DNA of 64,000 bases, from the NCBI GenBank assembly GCA_010093605.1, contig MU004197.1:744001-808000 (forward strand). Direction: 5' to 3'. Shown in pieces: positions 62,170-64,000 of the stretch. Numbering within the stretch: the stretch's first letter is position 1; every line of letters starts with the position of its first letter. A program made the translations under genes and the position numbers. Origin of the DNA: Lophium mytilinum. Taxonomy: Eukaryota. The notes under the pieces were generated by a model. It saw nothing but the letters and a program-made list of their open reading frames with translations, searched no databases and was not told the origin of the DNA.

Positions 62170-62946
62170 TCAAGCTTCAGCATGCCATGTCTTCTCGACT
62201 TCAATGGCGCTGATTCCAAAATCAGCCCAATCAAGCCTACTCCACTTCTCCGGATTCTCGGATGCCTCAACAAAGTGCTTCAGCGCCAGGACAGCTTGGC
62301 TTGCCCATATCTCCGGGCTTACGCGGCCGACCCCGGTGGCCAGCGGCGTCATGAGAATGCTCTGAATCTCCTCCTCATCTGCCACTGACTCCCCCTCTTC
62401 ATTCGCCTTCTCTTTAGCCTCCCTGACACCGCGGTTGTGGTTGTCAATCGCGCACAGCAGGCTCCAGATACACTCGTACACGACCTCGCGATCCCAAGTC
62501 ACGTTACTGGGCCTCCGCATCGTAGGACACAGCGCGACGCGCTTCGTGCCCCAGCTCTTCCCGCTGCGGCTCCGCTCGTGGAACTCGTCCGGGATGCGCA
62601 CCAAAGTGCAGGTCCCGGGAGGTGCGAACCCGCGCCATTGGCGGTACAACGTGGCCTGGGCAACGTGCGTGAGCGCCAGGTAGTCATCTTTGGGCGAGAG
62701 GGCACGGGAGATCGCGTCGTCGAAGGCGCCGTCGAGGCGCCCGTACGAGTTGGCCGGCGACACGATGGTATCGAACTTGACGCTGGAAGGCAGCTGCGAG
62801 AGCGAATAGTCATGGATTGAGACGGAAACGGATGAGGGGAGCTTGTGTTTCTCGCTTGCGGCTGAGAATGCCGAGCTGAAGCGCTCCTCCATGCATAGGA
62901 GCTGGATCTGCGGGTAGTGCGAGGGTGTGCTGGAAGCCATGCCCAT
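62170..62946 (-). CDS. Macro-domain (Appr-1-p processing-like) protein
   Basis: IVSPANSYGRLDGAFDDAI, ALCPTMR, LMTPLATGVGRV. Confidence 0.88.
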   Translation of the reverse strand: MGMASSTPSHYPQIQLLCMEERFSSAFSAASEKHKLPSSVSVSIHDYSLSQLPSSVKFDTIVSPANSYGRLDGAFDDAISRALSPKDDYLALTHVAQATLYRQWRGFAPPGTCTLVRIPDEFHERSRSGKSWGTKRVALCPTMRRPSNVTWDREVVYECIWSLLCAIDNHNRGVREAKEKANEEGESVADEEEIQSILMTPLATGVGRVSPEIWASQAVLALKHFVEASENPEKWSRLDWADFGISAIEVEKTWHAEA

Positions 62947-64000
62947 GTGGTTGAGTATAATGTTTGGCAGTAGAGTAGAATACGTGACTTATAACGTGCA
63001 AGGCTTGACTCGCTGCGTGCTGCTTTATGCGTTGTGTTCAGCTAAGAGCTCATTGACAGATTGCCGGTAATGTGTGAATGGTGAGTGTGAGTTCGTGAGA
63101 CGGATTAGCAACAGTGCTTCATTCTTAACAAATGTGGAAGCCTAAAATGACGTGAAGAACAGATCGCAAGCAGATGCCTACGCCAAGCAAACGTAGGGGA
63201 ATGGATTGAGGGGTACAAAACTACCTAGCGCGTAGGACATTACAATAATGCGTGGTTTTGAAGACAACAACGACTTGGACAGGATTAGAATGAATTGCGA
63301 CGAATCTTTACTCGTCGTTCTGGACGGATTACTAATCTATGACCACGTGACCCTCCGAGCTCATTCCCCACTCCACGTCCCCGGTTCGACACAAACCATC
63401 AATGAGCACACCCCCATCAACCACCTGAAACTCAAGGTTAGCTGCCGCAGGGTCTTTGATCGTGGGCTTGATGTTGCGACCCAGTATCAGGTGCATATCC
63501 CGTAAGAGTAAGAGTGAACAGCTCTGTATTTTAGGTGGCACACGTAGGAGAAGATGTCACCTGCCTTAGAGTACATCTACCGGGCGAAGGAGTTATATTT
63601 CGCAACCAGCGCGATACACCTTCACATCGGAGAGAGAATAGTCAAGCCGGCGAAGGTGGAACAGCGGGAACCTGTGGACACGGAGAAGAAACCTGACTAG
63701 AGCCGCTCGGGCATCTATACAGCCAGGCATGTTAACGTGTTCTGTATTCCTGGTTAGCAGAGTACAGTAGGCGTCAGCCTCGAGGTGGCGGGTTCAAGTT
63801 GGCTGTCTATTGAGGGTCGACCTCCATGGATTAGCGACTTGTTGCTTCTCGACAAATCAGCAGTCTCACGCTTCTCAAGGGTGTTTTCTCAGTCTCGGAC
63901 TCTATTCGACAAGCAAACCTCCCATCGTCAAACAAGCTCAGGAAGCGACAACGAACAATGGCCGAACAGCATACATCGCAAAGGGATTTCCCTGCCTATA

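Noticed and set aside
63248..64000. Short ORFs at the right end
   Set aside because: No recognisable family or consistent exon structure within the window.

Overview
Intron-containing genomic DNA from a filamentous ascomycete (GT..CTRAC/CTAAT..YAG introns throughout). The left half (~3.1-24.6 kb) is a secondary-metabolite cluster: a highly reducing PKS (KS-AT-DH-MT-ER-KR-ACP), a divergent FSH1/LovG-type serine hydrolase, an MFS transporter, a PTH11/rhodopsin-like membrane protein, a stand-alone adenylation enzyme, a HotDog thioesterase ending in -SQL, and a P450. It is bracketed on both sides by arrays of a related non-coding cassette carrying inward-facing CACGTG+TATA modules (0.1-1.6 kb and 26.75-29.25 kb), with decayed genes at both edges: a possible Zn2Cys6 relic, a tandem duplication, and a HET-type gene split by a MITE. 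The right half is mostly housekeeping (pdx1/SNZ1, FUN14, importin-beta family, aminopeptidase P, GPI7, F-box, RNASEK/V-ATPase f, AP-2 mu, LSC1, ELP3, macro domain). It contains a small island (50.1-54.4 kb) with a DUF3328/UstYa oxidase, a divergent 65-aa secreted Kex2-site peptide with a single aromatic-rich segment (KVYTSWYR), and a probable spliced methyltransferase-GFA fusion. This is a candidate minimal fungal RiPP system. All calls come from motif recognition by eye; no searches were run, and the boundaries of spliced genes are approximate.
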